NCBI GenBank assembly: GCA_027306585.1
Contig: DAHUZJ010000021.1
Coordinates: forward strand, 3,564 to 67,563
DNA length: 64,000 nucleotides
DNA from: Acidimicrobiaceae bacterium
GTDB taxonomy: Bacteria > Actinomycetota > Acidimicrobiia > Acidimicrobiales > RAAP-2
Reading direction: 5' to 3'
Position numbers and translations under genes: made by a program. Below are positions 63,213-64,000 of the stretch, piece by piece (positions within the stretch are counted from its first letter, which is position 1; each line of letters opens with the position of its first letter). Under the pieces are notes generated by a model, which was given only the letters and a program-made list of their open reading frames with translations, was not told where the DNA came from and did not search any database.

Positions 63213-64000
63213 TCAACCGGGTCCGACATCGGCGCTGTGACCGCCGCCGAGCCGCAGCACGGCGCTCGCGATCGCCACCACGGCGACGGCGACGAAGACG
63301 AGCATGACGTCGCGGGCGGGGAAGTACCGGACGGCGGTTCCGAGCCCGACGACGGGGACCGACAACCCCACGTAGGCGCCGAGGAAGAAGCCGGCCAGCA
63401 CCTCGGCCCTGGACTCGGGCGGTGCCACGGACGTCACGACCCCGAGTGCCCCTTTGAACACCATGCCGGCGCCGGCACCGGTGACCAGGCCGCCGGCCAC
63501 GAAGAGCGCGAGGAGGTCGCTCCACATGGCAGCGGTCAGGAGGCCCAGCCCCACCACGATCGGCAGCAGGCTGCGGCGGAGGAGGGAGCGGACGGAGGTC
63601 CGGGCGAGGGCCGTCTGGGCCAGCGCCCCGCCGGCGAAGGCGGCGAACGTCACCGCGCCGGCGACGGCGTGCGACGTCTCGTGCAGCGTGCCGGCGAGGA
63701 AGCTCGGTGACAGCGAGGTGAACACGCCGAAGACGGCGAACGACGTGAGGGCGGCGGCGGTGGCGGCGAAGAACGTCCCCCGGGCCTCGTGCGGCACGAC
63801 GATCCGCTGCGGCCGGTACGGGGGGCGGGGATGCGGCCGGCGCACGGTCTCGGGCGACACGGCGACGGCGACGGCGAGCACCAGCACCGCCACGCCGAAC
63901 ACCACGTACGGCAGCTGCAGGGGCGCGGGGGCGAACTGGGCGAGCACCCCGGCCACGAGCGGGCCGAAGCCGATGCCGCCGAGGTTGGCGGCGGTCGCCA
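63213..64000 (-). CDS. MFS transporter, C-terminal part (5' end outside the window)
   Basis: The reading frame stays open to the window edge and carries successive TM helices (VVFGVAVLVLAVAVAV, LVAGGLVTGAGAGMVF, and others). Confidence 0.7.
   Translation of the reverse strand, partial: ATAANLGGIGFGPLVAGVLAQFAPAPLQLPYVVFGVAVLVLAVAVAVSPETVRRPHPRPPYRPQRIVVPHEARGTFFAATAAALTSFAVFGVFTSLSPSFLAGTLHETSHAVAGAVTFAAFAGGALAQTALARTSVRSLLRRSLLPIVVGLGLLTAAMWSDLLALFVAGGLVTGAGAGMVFKGALGVVTSVAPPESRAEVLAGFFLGAYVGLSVPVVGLGTAVRYFPARDVMLVFVAVAVVAIASAVLRLGGGHSADVGPG

Overview
This is a very GC-rich (not computed), actinobacterial-type chromosomal segment, judged from gene content and synteny with mycobacterial core regions.

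**Left third: conserved core.**
- It carries trxB, a DegV protein, murJ, a DUF6049-like wall protein, the CCA-adding enzyme, ino1-padR, a DUF5318-like protein and panB.
- It also carries rpsF-ssb-rpsR-rplI-dnaB. dnaB is split in its P-loop by a class-3 (WCT) intein, and rpsR carries a repeat-rich C-terminal tail.

**Middle.**
- This part holds an MFS/TetR pair, an orphan OmpR-type response regulator, ilvA, a PAP2 phosphatase, secreted proteins and RNase Z.
- A four-gene island at 26153-35472 is my best candidate for an undescribed system.
  - The first gene encodes a degenerate GGDEF-like protein that keeps the RxxD I-site spacing.
  - It is coupled by a GTGA overlap to a 946-aa fusion of a GNAT-like domain, an Rv1355c-type E1/ThiF-like domain and an Acg-type nitroreductase domain.
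  - Two tandem paralogous GAF-GAF-GGDEF-EAL proteins follow.

**Right part.**
- A tightly coupled operon encodes a cyclic amidohydrolase, an asparaginase, an orphan IorB-type Mo-hydroxylase subunit, a DksA/TraR zinc finger and a PHP protein.
- Next come a LOG protein and a DUF2233 lipoprotein.
- A selenocysteine formate dehydrogenase operon has an in-frame TGA, an fdhF-like SECIS hairpin and an NrfD-type anchor.
- An odd His-rich, nonapeptide-repeat protein sits between the formate dehydrogenase and CO dehydrogenase clusters.
- A form I (AYxCSFR) CO dehydrogenase cluster reads coxMSL-xdhC(YHS)-coxD-coxE.
- The window ends with several small genes, an isochorismatase-family gene remnant, an ABC-2 exporter and a window-truncated MFS gene.

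I saw no rRNA, tRNA, CRISPR array or transposase. Many long ORFs in the supplied track are GC-driven artefacts that overlap real genes. All family calls rest on motif and pattern recognition by eye, not on searches.
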